Shown piece after piece: positions 39,547 through 49,981 of a DNA stretch of 64,000 bases (positions are counted from its first letter, which is position 1; each line of letters opens with the position of its first letter). The DNA lies in assembly GCA_963668025.2 (NCBI GenBank), contig CAXXTH010000012.1, positions 96,001 through 160,000 of the forward strand. Reading direction: 5' to 3'. The position numbers were made by a program, and so were the translations under genes. This DNA is from Candidatus Hydrogenedentota bacterium (GTDB lineage Bacteria > Hydrogenedentota > Hydrogenedentia > Hydrogenedentales > SLHB01). Below the pieces are notes generated by a model that worked only from the letters and a program-made list of their open reading frames with translations, did no database searches and was not told where the DNA came from.

Positions 39547-41915
39547 TTCATCTCCCTTTCCAACAGTGGCCGCACCGTGATAGCCTCGAACTCGACATCG
39601 GCATTGTCCGCGAAGAAGAACAGCCTTTCACCGCGCAGCGTGGAGCGCGTAATGACCGTGCGTTGATGATCGATATTGGCGTCAATGATCCCGTCTTTGA
39701 TAATAATATCGAGATCAAACGGGCGGTCTATACCGGTTACGTCATTGATGAGATAGGGCTCGAACCAGCCGCTGATCGGCTGTTCGGCCAGTTTGCCCTT
39801 TTCGGGATTGCCATACTGTACGCATCCCGCCTTGGGATCAAAGCGAAGCTCGACGCCACTCTCGTACAATCCGGAACCACGCAGGCACACCCCAAAACGC
39901 CCGGAAGCATTCTTCGGATTCACCCGCAGGGTGACGCGCGCATTGAGGGGGGCACCCGCCAGCATGGCGAATTCCGGCTTATCCGTAGAGGTAATCCGTA
40001 TGCTGCCCGGGCCGCCTGAAACGCCCGGCGTGAGCGCCTCGAAGGCCATATCGAGAGGCGCACCGGAAGGGGGAATCAATTCGGGAGCGAATGTAACACC
40101 TACGCTTCCGTCTTCACGCTGCGTTAATTCCCACATGACAATGTCGCCTCCCCAGCCATCTTCGGCCAGGAAACCGGCGGATATGCGGCGGTTTTCACCA
40201 AAAGCAGCCACTTTCGACACTTTGACCAAGGCCAGCTCGCCGGGCATCTGGAGGGTGTAAGACCCATGCAATTGGCGCGAGCGCCATATCTTGCGGGGGG
40301 ATTGGCCCACGATGTAATGCCACCCATTCCACTCGAAGTAATTGGGGCATCCAAAAGCGGTCTCATCGCGAAGAATAGGCTCTTCCTCGCGCGTCCAGTT
40401 GGCGAGGTCATCGGAGTAATAGCAGTCTAGGCGGAAACGGCCATCAGCCTCCCGCGGACCAGCGGAGAGCATGCAAAACCGGTTTGATTCCTTATCGAAG
40501 AACACATCATTGTCACTTCCCGAAGCCAAGGCCGGTGCGTCCAATTGTTTCTCGAAATGGATGCAGTCCGGGCTCGTGGCGGCATAGACCCCGCCCGGGG
40601 CGTCGCTCTGGACCACTGACATCACGGGATAGAACCAGTAGTACAGCCCCTTATTAAAAATACATGAGCCTGTCCCGATGAATCCTTCCCATTGCTCCGT
40701 GATGGGCAGCGCCAATTCTTCCTGCTTCCAATGGACCAAATCCTTCGTGGTGGCGTGGGCTACTTGGAGGCCGCCATGGCCGCATTGCCATTTGCTGTGA
40801 TGATTCCGGCGGACTATCAAATAAAACAAGTGGAAGACGCCCGTGTTTGAGTCGTAATAGGGTATGCAATCGCCCGCGCGGATATTCAGCCCGGCAGGGC
40901 GTCCATATTGGAGGGATTGCTGGGGAGGCCCGAAGATATCGAGTTGGCGCGAGGCCGCATAATCCTGTCCTCCGCTCAGCGCCGTAATTTCCGCATCCGA
41001 CAGTGCGCGCGTCCACAACGCGGCGTGGTCCATCATGCCTTGAAAACCGGAAACCACGTTCCCTTCTTTTTTACCTGCACCAATGAATAGCGACTCCACG
41101 CTTTCCTGAAGCGTTCCGACGGGAAAATCTTCATCCACCATGACGCCATCAATGAATAGCTGCACTTTCCCGCCATTGAAGCGAACAATAATATCGTGCC
41201 AGTCCGTCGAGCCGATCAGCCCGGCAGGCGCGATCACCGTCATCTCCCCTTTATGCACTTCATCCCCAATGCACTCGTCGCATATTTTCATTTCCTTATC
41301 ATAGAAGCTAATGAAATCCTCGTTCGGCTCGACGCCCAGCGTGAATTCGATCATCTGGGAGGAGCTTGAAACTCGGTGGAAACCGTTGGGTTCTTCGAAC
41401 AGGTAGTAATAGATGGAGGGCACATTCTGGTTAAAGAAATTGCGCAGATGCATAGGCTTTTCTTTGCCGTTTGTTCCCGCAAGCGAAAGGCTTTGCTTGC
41501 CCTCTGGTCCATAGGCGTTGAAGAGTGGCGCATCCCATTTCCCGGATGCGTCCCGCATACGCAAGCATAGGGTCATCGTGTCGCCCGCCAGCAAAAGTGC
41601 ATTGCTCTGGGGCGCATCAAAACTGAGATAGCCGCCATCGAAGATGGCCGCTTTTCCGTCGCCGCCACGCGACAGGGAAGCATTCCGTTCAAGCCCGCTC
41701 AATTCCACTCCGAGTTGCACATTTCCATGCACGGCAAGCGGCGGTTTGTCCGCGGACAGGGCTTCGCCGCCCATGTTCCAAACAGCGGACGCGGAATCGA
41801 AAACCACTTTCGGTTCAATTGGCGCTTCGGCTTCGCCGGAGCAGGCTGGTCCGCATACGGATGCCAGCAGTACGGCCGAAAACAGAATGGCTTTGGATGA
41901 GGTGAAATGACGCAT
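39543..41915 (-). CDS. Exported LamG + GH32-like glycosidase (non-canonical)
   Basis: Signal/lipoprotein-like N-terminus from ATG 41915; GDCIPYY, GTGS, GCPNYF. Confidence 0.8.
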   Translation of the reverse strand: MRHFTSSKAILFSAVLLASVCGPACSGEAEAPIEPKVVFDSASAVWNMGGEALSADKPPLAVHGNVQLGVELSGLERNASLSRGGDGKAAIFDGGYLSFDAPQSNALLLAGDTMTLCLRMRDASGKWDAPLFNAYGPEGKQSLSLAGTNGKEKPMHLRNFFNQNVPSIYYYLFEEPNGFHRVSSSSQMIEFTLGVEPNEDFISFYDKEMKICDECIGDEVHKGEMTVIAPAGLIGSTDWHDIIVRFNGGKVQLFIDGVMVDEDFPVGTLQESVESLFIGAGKKEGNVVSGFQGMMDHAALWTRALSDAEITALSGGQDYAASRQLDIFGPPQQSLQYGRPAGLNIRAGDCIPYYDSNTGVFHLFYLIVRRNHHSKWQCGHGGLQVAHATTKDLVHWKQEELALPITEQWEGFIGTGSCIFNKGLYYWFYPVMSVVQSDAPGGVYAATSPDCIHFEKQLDAPALASGSDNDVFFDKESNRFCMLSAGPREADGRFRLDCYYSDDLANWTREEEPILRDETAFGCPNYFEWNGWHYIVGQSPRKIWRSRQLHGSYTLQMPGELALVKVSKVAAFGENRRISAGFLAEDGWGGDIVMWELTQREDGSVGVTFAPELIPPSGAPLDMAFEALTPGVSGGPGSIRITSTDKPEFAMLAGAPLNARVTLRVNPKNASGRFGVCLRGSGLYESGVELRFDPKAGCVQYGNPEKGKLAEQPISGWFEPYLINDVTGIDRPFDLDIIIKDGIIDANIDHQRTVITRSTLRGERLFFFADNADVEFEAITVRPLLEREMK

Positions 41916-41995
41916 ATCGAGTGTTTCCTTTCTCATAAAGACACACGGGTGGCATGGATATCCTTCGCACATGGAATGAAAACTGCTCACGCAGC

Positions 41996-42946
41996 CTATT
42001 TTCGCCGCCGCACGTCTACATAGACCGCCGCGAGGATGACGAGGCCTTTCATGATGTATTGCAGGGAAAAATGAACGCCCGCCTGGTTCAGGCCTTTGTC
42101 CAGCGTGCCAATGATCAGCGCGCCGAAAAACGTGCCCGCCATCGTGCCGATGCCGCCAGTAAAACTGGTTCCGCCCACTACGGCAGCGGCAATCGCATTG
42201 AGTTCAAATCCGATGCCTGAAGCAGGTTCCGCCGAATACAGTTGGGAAGAGTGGATGATGCCCGCGACACCCGTCAACGCGGCGCAAAGCACATAGACCA
42301 GAATCTCCCGCTGCGCGACGGGTATGCCCGTGAACCGGGCCGCCACGCGGTTTCCGCCAATGGCATAGAGATGCTGGCCGAATCGCGTCCGGTGCAGCAA
42401 TATCGCACATACCAGCAGAAGGGCCAGCATGATCACTACCGGGATAGGAATGATGCCGAAAAGCCGCCCGTTGCCCAGCTCGAGAAAAAACGTCTCGTGG
42501 CTGGGGACATGCATCGGCTTGCCTTCGTTGTAGCGCAGCGCCATGCCCCGTGCGACCATCATCGTACCAAGCGTGACAATGAACGGGGGCATCTTGGTCA
42601 GGGCGGCGCATAGCCCATTGAATAGGCCAAATAGGCTCGCTACGCCCAGCCCCGCGCCAAGGGCCAGCACGATTCGGACCACGCTCTGGGATTCCGGCTC
42701 GCCATATCCGAGGACAAATACCACCGTGGTGCCCACCAAGGCCAGCACGGCCCCGACGGAGAGATCAATCCCGCCGATGAGAATGGCGAGCGTCATGCCA
42801 TAGGCGATAATCGCATTCACCGATACTTGCTGCACCAAATCCAGCATATTGTCTGAAGTTAAAAAGACCGGTATAAAATAGCGGAAGATGATCAGCAGGG
42901 CTACCCATGCGCCAATCAATGGAATAAAACGTTTTGCTGCATTCAT
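41996..42946 (-). CDS. Ribose-type (CUT2) ABC permease, RbsC-like
   Basis: GGIDLSVG, PPFIVTLG, YAIGGN and FELNAIAAAVVGGTS motifs. Confidence 0.92.
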   Translation of the reverse strand: MNAAKRFIPLIGAWVALLIIFRYFIPVFLTSDNMLDLVQQVSVNAIIAYGMTLAILIGGIDLSVGAVLALVGTTVVFVLGYGEPESQSVVRIVLALGAGLGVASLFGLFNGLCAALTKMPPFIVTLGTMMVARGMALRYNEGKPMHVPSHETFFLELGNGRLFGIIPIPVVIMLALLLVCAILLHRTRFGQHLYAIGGNRVAARFTGIPVAQREILVYVLCAALTGVAGIIHSSQLYSAEPASGIGFELNAIAAAVVGGTSFTGGIGTMAGTFFGALIIGTLDKGLNQAGVHFSLQYIMKGLVILAAVYVDVRRRK

Positions 42947-44469
42947 ATTTGACCTACTCCTGTAAGCAGACCCATCACATCCTCCATGTTTGCTTCCTCG
43001 GCGGCCATTTCTTTCACGACCGCGCCGTCCCGGTAAACCGCGACACGGTGCGACATGCTCAACACTTCGGCCAGATCGGAAGAAATGAGAATCACCGCCA
43101 TCCCCTCCTCGACCAATCCCGCGATGACTTGGAACATATCCTCGCGCGCGCCTACGTCGACGCCCCGCGTCGGCTCATCCAAAATCAACACTTTTGGGCG
43201 GCGCTCCATCCAGCGGGACACCAGCACTTTTTGCTGATTCCCTCCCGATAGGCTGTCCACTGGCTGGGAATCCGGATTCGAGACTTTGATCACGCAGCTT
43301 GTAATCGCCCTATCGATAATGCCGCTACGGTGTTTCCGGTTGAACCTGGCCGCATGAATCCAGTCTTTCAGCCACGGTAAGGCGATATTGAATCCAACAC
43401 TTTGCATCATCACCAGGCCTTCGCCTTGGCGATCTTCGGGGATCAAGATAATCCCCGCCTTCACTGCGTCTCCCGGCGAGTGGATCTCGACGCGCTCCCC
43501 ATCCAGCCGTATCTCCCCTTCGCTGAACCGATCCACGCCGAAGATGGCGCGCATCAGTTCGCTGCGCCCCGAGCCGACCAGCCCGGCAATACCAAGAATC
43601 TCGCCGTAGCGCACTTGTAGTGATACGCCCCGCACACGTTCATTGCGCAAACCGCGCACCTCAAGCGCCCGTTTTCCCGGCTTGTGGGCGGGGCGGTGAA
43701 AATAGTCCGTGATATCGCGCCCCACCAGCCAGTGGACGAGTTCCCGCTTGTTGACCTGCGTGGCCTGCTGCGTGCCGATGGTGCTGCCATCGCGGAGCAC
43801 CGTGATACGATCCGCTAATCGCAAAACTTCTTCCAAGCGGTGCGAGATGTAGATAATGCCCACCCCTTGTTTCCGCAGCCGGTCCAGCGTCACGAATAGG
43901 GCTTCCGTTTCCGCGCCGGAGAGCGAAGAAGTCGGTTCGTCAAGAATCAGTACGCGCGCTTCGGATGACAATGCCCTGGCGATCTCGACTAACTGCCGCT
44001 GCGCGATGCTCAGGGTGGAAACCTGAAGATGCACTGCGGCGATTTCCTCGAGTCCAAGGCGTTTCACCAAGGTGCGGGCGTCCTCATTCATCTGCCGGCG
44101 GTTGAGTAAACCGAAGCGCTTCGGCTCCCGGCCAAGATAAATATTCTCGGCTACGGTGAGATTGGGCGCGAGCGACAATTCTTGATGAATCACCCGTATC
44201 CCATAGCGCTCCGCATCCGCGACCTGGTGTATGTCCACCGGATTTCCATCCATGAACACCGCGCCTTCGTCGGCCCGATGGACGCCCGCAAGCACCTTAA
44301 TCAGCGTGGATTTGCCGGCCCCGTTTTCACCGAGCAAGGCATGCACTTCGCCCGCGTGGAGTTCAAAATCCACACCGTTGAGGGCCGTTACGCCGCTAAA
44401 TCGTTTGGTGATGGCATGCAGGCGCAGCAATGGCGCTTTCATTTCCTTGGCTTGCATGGCGGCGCTCAT
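42943..44469 (-). CDS. Ribose-type (CUT2) ABC ATPase, RbsA-like
   Basis: GENGAGKSTL, LDEPTSSL, LSGGNQQKV and DEPTRGVDVG motifs; ATGA overlap with the upstream gene. Confidence 0.93.
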   Translation of the reverse strand: MSAAMQAKEMKAPLLRLHAITKRFSGVTALNGVDFELHAGEVHALLGENGAGKSTLIKVLAGVHRADEGAVFMDGNPVDIHQVADAERYGIRVIHQELSLAPNLTVAENIYLGREPKRFGLLNRRQMNEDARTLVKRLGLEEIAAVHLQVSTLSIAQRQLVEIARALSSEARVLILDEPTSSLSGAETEALFVTLDRLRKQGVGIIYISHRLEEVLRLADRITVLRDGSTIGTQQATQVNKRELVHWLVGRDITDYFHRPAHKPGKRALEVRGLRNERVRGVSLQVRYGEILGIAGLVGSGRSELMRAIFGVDRFSEGEIRLDGERVEIHSPGDAVKAGIILIPEDRQGEGLVMMQSVGFNIALPWLKDWIHAARFNRKHRSGIIDRAITSCVIKVSNPDSQPVDSLSGGNQQKVLVSRWMERRPKVLILDEPTRGVDVGAREDMFQVIAGLVEEGMAVILISSDLAEVLSMSHRVAVYRDGAVVKEMAAEEANMEDVMGLLTGVGQI

Positions 44470-45449
44470 TTGCCGCTCTTCTGTAAGAATGCATCCACAT
44501 TCTCTTTGGTGATCAATTCGACCGGGATCTTGATGTCCTTCTCGACGGGCTTGCCCGCGAGATGGGCATAAACGCATTCCGCCGCCACCCGGCCGATCTC
44601 ACGCGGGAATTGCGCGGAAGTGGATAGAAGCTTGCCTTCCTTGATGGCTGCGGCCCCTTCGGTGGAACCGTCCACCGTCACCACGGTAACCTGGCCGAGT
44701 TTTCCGGAGGACTCGATGGCCGAGATAGCGCCTAGAGCGCTGGGATCGTTAATCGGAAACGCCGCATCCAATTCCGGGAACCGCCCGAGCAGATCACGCA
44801 TCACTGGGCGCGCGCCTTCGGTCGTTCCTTTGCCTTCCTGTGTGTCCAAGATTTTCATATCGGGATGCTTGGCTAGTTCCTCCGTGAATCCCGCTACGCG
44901 GTCAATACACGCCTTGTTCACGGAAAGGTGTAAAATCACGATCTTGGCGTTTGGTTTCACTTTGGCCAAGGCCTGCGCCGCAAGGCGTCCCGCTTCCACG
45001 TTATCGGAAGCCACCTGGCACAAGATAAGGTCAGGCTCACTCACCGGCGCATCCACCACCACGATAGGGATGTTTTTCTTTTGGGCCTCGAGCAAGCTGC
45101 CTTTCACGCCTTCCCAATTGACAGGGTTGAGGAAAATGGCGGATGCCCCTCTCAAGATCAGATCGGACACATCATTCTTCTGTTTAAGGCTGTTCCATTG
45201 GGCGTCCAGGGTCATTAATCTATCGCCATGGCTCTCGACGACTTGCTTGAGGCCTTCATTCAAATCCACAAAAAACGGATTGTTCATCGTTTGAAAGGAA
45301 ACCCCGAAGAGAAGCCCTTTGGCGCCAGCATCCCCGCCGCCCGTATCGCCAGGCGTGCATCCCCATAACGCGGCGATGCCACATGCCGTAAAAAGCCCCA
45401 ACAGGATTCCGATTCGACTCACGTTTTTCTTCCGCCACATCGTTATCAC
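44466..45449 (-). CDS. Ribose-type ABC binding lipoprotein, RbsB-like
   Basis: MNNPFF, VASDNVEAG, NDPSALGA, VDG and AQFP motifs; lipobox LWGC. Confidence 0.9.
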   Translation of the reverse strand: MITMWRKKNVSRIGILLGLFTACGIAALWGCTPGDTGGGDAGAKGLLFGVSFQTMNNPFFVDLNEGLKQVVESHGDRLMTLDAQWNSLKQKNDVSDLILRGASAIFLNPVNWEGVKGSLLEAQKKNIPIVVVDAPVSEPDLILCQVASDNVEAGRLAAQALAKVKPNAKIVILHLSVNKACIDRVAGFTEELAKHPDMKILDTQEGKGTTEGARPVMRDLLGRFPELDAAFPINDPSALGAISAIESSGKLGQVTVVTVDGSTEGAAAIKEGKLLSTSAQFPREIGRVAAECVYAHLAGKPVEKDIKIPVELITKENVDAFLQKSGK

Positions 45450-47551
45450 TCCAATGATTTGAGCCCGCTCACCGCGAAACCACGGATGGCAATCTCCGCG
45501 CCTTCGCTTTCCATGGATAATCCTTCATCCGCATAATCATATGCGCGCATCGTGAAACAGTATTGATTGTTGATGAAGCATTCGATGACGGTTCCGATTA
45601 CAAACACGCGCACATCCACCGGCTGCGCTGCGTCGAAATCGCAAACACGCTTGTAGCTGCGATAGTTATCGCCTAATACAATCTCTTTGCTGTCAAAATC
45701 AATCGCTAACCGATAGCCGCTGGAACGCTCCTCGTCCGGCTGGCGCAGATGGAACACCGCCTTTGCTTGGGAGGTTTTGCTGGCAAGGGTAGTGTGGAGC
45801 ATATAATCGCGGGGAACGGAAAGGCGTTCTAGAGGGATTCCATCATCAGGCAGAGCAAGGACCGGGCGGTTATATGCTTCCATAACCTCCCGCGCGGGGC
45901 GCTGGCATAAACGCCCTTGGGCATCAGCATATAGCTCTCGCGCCATGCTCATCACACCGCCCCATACCCCCTTCCCTGAATCACGATTGCCTTCGCGATC
46001 GCCAATCCAGCCTAAAAGAATGCGGCGCTTTCCATCACTCGTAGACTTTGGCACGAAGAGTTCACCGCAGTCAAACGGCTGCATGGTGGATTGATAGGGA
46101 CCTCCTGGCGCATCCGCCCACGTGTAATGGTGATCCGCGGCGATGATATGCCATTTGCCCTGCTCGAAAAACATCTGCGGGCAATCGCCAGAAAACTCTT
46201 TGGGATATACGTAGAGCGGCTCGCACGGCTTCCATTGGAGCAAGTCATCCGATACATACCGGGCGAACACCGGCATCGAACCGTCAGCCTTCACAGCGTG
46301 CAACAGCATCCACCACCGCGACTCCGCTTCATTCCAAATGACATCCGGATCACGAAACGCCTGGTGGTGATATATCTGCTTATCATCAATCGGGCCATTC
46401 ACCGACTTGCTCCAGTAGATGGTTCCATCCGCATAGAACGTATCTTCAGGGCGCTTGGCCCATACGATAAGGTCGGTGCTCGTAGCCTGCATGACCTTTT
46501 GGTCGCCTTTTGGATCCAGGCTGTTTTTGCCGGTATAGAACAGATGAAAGACGCCGTTTTTCTCGACGATGCTGCCCGTCCAGCAATTCTCCGCATCTGG
46601 CGCGCCGTCCGGGCCTTTTTCAAGCGCATCCGGCAGCTCTTCCCATCGCACGAGGTCTTGGCTGGTGAGATGCCCCCAGCCAGCGCCTTTTAGGTAGAAG
46701 ACATGATAAACGCCTTTCCAATAAAACGGGATGATATCGCCCACCACGCCGGAATCGGGCCGGAAATGAAGGGTCTTGTCGAACCGCATTTGAACAGGCG
46801 TTATCATGTAATCATCCTTTCCATCGAGCAGCAGCTTTCCATCTTCCACACGAGCGCCGCCGTGCAACACACCATCTGGAAAAACACCCATGGCGTCTGT
46901 TGTCGAGCCATCCTGAAAAGTCCACATGCCTAGAGGCGCTGGCTCGGAAGGCGCATCCATGCGAAGCGACCGCAACACCTCTTCAGATAAGGATGTGCTA
47001 TAGATGCGCGCTTCATGGATGGCTCCCGCGAAAAAGGCATTGCCTCCCATTCCGCCAGCCGCCTTATGCCGAAGGCCAAACAAAATGTTGCTCGAACCGC
47101 CAAACTCCGCCGGAGCGGCGATAGGATAAGCAGCGTACAGTTGCCCATTTCTATAGAGCCTTACCTGGCCGCCTTGATACACGGCGGCGATTTGCACGAG
47201 CTCTTCCGGCCCCGCCTGTTCCAGCGCCCAATTGGATTGATCCATCTGGGAGCGCTTGTACAACTCACTTCCAGCCATCCATTTGCCTGGCGCAATCTCG
47301 CCGAACACGATGCCGTCAAACTGGCTTTCCCCTTCGATGCACAGCGTTCCCCCGCTTTGTTGGTCTAAGTTTGACAGGGAGCACCACACCACCAGCGTCT
47401 TATCATTGAGTGTAGAAAATGAAGGCGTTTGCGCAAACAACGGAACAGAAGCGGCTGCCTGGCTTTCCACCATTATCGCGCCGAGGAGGAACGCCAATAG
47501 AAACATCACCTTGCTTGCCAAACCGCTCCTCCTCGCGCATCCATGCCGCAT
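45446..47551 (-). CDS. Secreted LamG + GH32-like glycosidase
   Basis: Signal peptide; LamG; GDIIPFY, WGHLTSQDL, CWTGS, FRDP, GDCPQMF. Confidence 0.85.
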   Translation of the reverse strand: MRHGCARRSGLASKVMFLLAFLLGAIMVESQAAASVPLFAQTPSFSTLNDKTLVVWCSLSNLDQQSGGTLCIEGESQFDGIVFGEIAPGKWMAGSELYKRSQMDQSNWALEQAGPEELVQIAAVYQGGQVRLYRNGQLYAAYPIAAPAEFGGSSNILFGLRHKAAGGMGGNAFFAGAIHEARIYSTSLSEEVLRSLRMDAPSEPAPLGMWTFQDGSTTDAMGVFPDGVLHGGARVEDGKLLLDGKDDYMITPVQMRFDKTLHFRPDSGVVGDIIPFYWKGVYHVFYLKGAGWGHLTSQDLVRWEELPDALEKGPDGAPDAENCWTGSIVEKNGVFHLFYTGKNSLDPKGDQKVMQATSTDLIVWAKRPEDTFYADGTIYWSKSVNGPIDDKQIYHHQAFRDPDVIWNEAESRWWMLLHAVKADGSMPVFARYVSDDLLQWKPCEPLYVYPKEFSGDCPQMFFEQGKWHIIAADHHYTWADAPGGPYQSTMQPFDCGELFVPKSTSDGKRRILLGWIGDREGNRDSGKGVWGGVMSMARELYADAQGRLCQRPAREVMEAYNRPVLALPDDGIPLERLSVPRDYMLHTTLASKTSQAKAVFHLRQPDEERSSGYRLAIDFDSKEIVLGDNYRSYKRVCDFDAAQPVDVRVFVIGTVIECFINNQYCFTMRAYDYADEGLSMESEGAEIAIRGFAVSGLKSLE

Positions 47552-47560
47552 GCTTATTCT

Positions 47561-48568
47561 CTATCCTTGCCCATTAAAACCGGCGTGATCAAAATACTGC
47601 GCCTGATGATTGTACGGGAAATCCTCGTCCTGTTCGCTTTCTTGTTTGTATTTCTTGAATTCGACATGGCCGTCCATATACAGGATATTGCCGCCGCCTG
47701 GCACATGGTTGAATGAAAGCGAGTTATACATCCGCCGCCCGGTGTCAGACCAGCCGACTCCAGCCACACTATCCCACATGATAGGAATGGCCGATTGCCC
47801 TTTCGCGGCGCTGGCTGGATTGTTGATGTCCGTAATGAAAAAACGCTCGATCCCTTCCCGAAGCCTCGTGAGAGTTGTATTTGTCATCCCATCGCTTCCC
47901 GTCCACCCGGTCATATAACCAAGGGATTTGTTTGGATTCGATACGGACTCGAAATCGGTATCCGGAGACGGATAGACCGGCACGGAGCCAGGCGTTTCGC
48001 ACACAGTGTCCGTGACATCGATATAGCTATCCGCAAGTTTCGCGTATTTGGTGGCGTACCAGGACTCGCAGCCGCTGTGCATGGCCCCGATGCTCCAGTA
48101 TGTATTCACCAAATAACCAATGTAAATATAAGAGCGTGAGGGCGTCAGCAGATAATAGAGGCACGCCTTCTCCGCTTCCCCGCCTGAACTCGCCTCCGCG
48201 CCAGCTTTCGCCACCAACTCCGCAGGCTCCCCACTCGGCAAGAGCAATTGCGTGCTGGTGTCCATGGCGTGGGAATCCGAGGGACATAGGGCAATGGCGT
48301 AATCATTCCAATAATCCGGGTAAATGTCGCGTGGTTCGGGCGTATACCACCGGATGACATTGGACTGCCGGGGGTATTTCGCGCCTTTCGTCTCGCCCGC
48401 ATACATTTTATAAACCAGCCCCCACTGTTTCAGGTTGCTGGCGCATGAAGCACGGCGGGCGGCTTCTCTTGCCCGCGCTAGCGCAGGCAAGAGGATAGCT
48501 GCCAGGATAGCGATAATCGCGATGACGACCAGCAGCTCGATTAATGTAAAACCCTGTTTATTCTTCAT
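47561..48568 (-). CDS. Prepilin-type N-methylation / DUF1559 / H-X9-DG protein
   Basis: G|[36 protein letters not shown]; [19 protein letters not shown]; GGAGG RBS. Confidence 0.92.
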   Translation of the reverse strand: MKNKQGFTLIELLVVIAIIAILAAILLPALARAREAARRASCASNLKQWGLVYKMYAGETKGAKYPRQSNVIRWYTPEPRDIYPDYWNDYAIALCPSDSHAMDTSTQLLLPSGEPAELVAKAGAEASSGGEAEKACLYYLLTPSRSYIYIGYLVNTYWSIGAMHSGCESWYATKYAKLADSYIDVTDTVCETPGSVPVYPSPDTDFESVSNPNKSLGYMTGWTGSDGMTNTTLTRLREGIERFFITDINNPASAAKGQSAIPIMWDSVAGVGWSDTGRRMYNSLSFNHVPGGGNILYMDGHVEFKKYKQESEQDEDFPYNHQAQYFDHAGFNGQG

Positions 48569-48643
48569 TGCACTGTCCTCCAATTCCGTATGATTCCAGG
48601 TGCGAGGCAGATACCGCCCCACACACCAAGTCACGATATATCA

Positions 48644-49729
48644 TCAGCCAGCACCGCCGAAAGTCGGCATATAGTTAGGTAAATTCCTACCGAAGGCCGT
48701 TGTAACGATATCATCGCCATCCGTTACAGGCGGCTTCGAGGGATAGCGCAGAAACTCCACATGGCCATCCATATAGAGGACATTCGAGCCGCCGGGCACA
48801 TGATTGAAACGAGTGATCGTTTGCATGGTGTCATTGCCGGTCTGTGCGTAGCTGGTATTATTGTTGCCCCAGCCATCCCACATGATAATAATCGAGCTTT
48901 GCCCCAGCGCGCCGGAGGCTGGATTGTTGATGTCCGTTATGAAGAAGCGTTCGACGCCTTCCTTCAAGCGATAATACGAAGAGGGCAGTTTGGTTCCGTC
49001 ATCATCGGTCATAGCGCCGCGCCAGCTCAAGGTGGCCGCATCATCGATATCCATCGCCCGCATGCCCGGCCAATGGTAAATATGCTTGACATCACTGGGG
49101 CCGCCCAGCGCTTGAATGGCTTTTGAATCCAGCGCCACCCAATGCGCGGCGGTGCCGCTCCATTTCATATGCCCGATATGAAGCGCATCCATTAACTGGG
49201 AAGCAGTTCTACACGCCCAAGGCAAATAAATATACGAAGTCGGATTCGATAGGATGGTATTGCGGAGCGCATCCACCTTCCACGTTCCATCGTCCACAAG
49301 ATTATCAAGCTGTTCCTTGATATCGTCCTCCGTGATCACATTGGTGTTATAATAGTTTCGATCACGGGCATCCGATGGGCAGATTAAAAGGTTCACATCA
49401 TTCCAGTATTCCGGATAGATTGCTCCATCGCCCGGGTATGACTCCACGCCTGAAGAGAAAATTTTAGAGTCAATGTTCCCAAGAGCGTTCAGGCCGCTCA
49501 ACAGAGGAGACTCCGAGACCCATTGGGAGCCGCCAGGATAATACCCCTTATTTTCACCCGAGAACATGGTGAAAATAATACCCCATTGCTTCAGATTACT
49601 CGAACATGAAGCGCGGCGGGCCGCTTCCCGCGCCCGCGCCAAGGCAGGCAGCAAAATGGCCGCCAATATGGCGATAATAGCGATAACAACGAGCAGTTCA
49701 ATCAAAGTGAAGCCTAATCTCTTTTTCAT
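48644..49729 (-). CDS. Prepilin-type N-methylation / DUF1559 / H-X9-DG protein
   Basis: G|FTLIELL... N-terminus; [19 protein letters not shown]. Confidence 0.92.
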   Translation of the reverse strand: MKKRLGFTLIELLVVIAIIAILAAILLPALARAREAARRASCSSNLKQWGIIFTMFSGENKGYYPGGSQWVSESPLLSGLNALGNIDSKIFSSGVESYPGDGAIYPEYWNDVNLLICPSDARDRNYYNTNVITEDDIKEQLDNLVDDGTWKVDALRNTILSNPTSYIYLPWACRTASQLMDALHIGHMKWSGTAAHWVALDSKAIQALGGPSDVKHIYHWPGMRAMDIDDAATLSWRGAMTDDDGTKLPSSYYRLKEGVERFFITDINNPASGALGQSSIIIMWDGWGNNNTSYAQTGNDTMQTITRFNHVPGGSNVLYMDGHVEFLRYPSKPPVTDGDDIVTTAFGRNLPNYMPTFGGAG

Positions 49730-49886
49730 TGCTGGGTTCCTTCCAAACTGTATGAGTATATAGTCCAACGATTTTTATAGACGGCATTGAAGCTTGGGCC
49801 CAACTTCAAGTTACCTGTACCTGGCTGGCGTCAAAGGAGATCCAATCGAATCCCCATGGCCTTCAACTGTATGCATCGCCTTCATC

Positions 49887-49948
49887 GCCATTCCCGCGAA
49901 AGCGGGAAACTAAAACACGTTCCTGGCTACCCGCTTCCGGAGGATTGC
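49887..49948. repeat. Degenerate ATTCCCGCGAAAGCGGGAA-type palindromic element
   Basis: Same core as the element at 59794-59859. Confidence 0.55.
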
Positions 49949-49981
49949 AATAAATCCTATACAACTATACATCTGCTTAAT

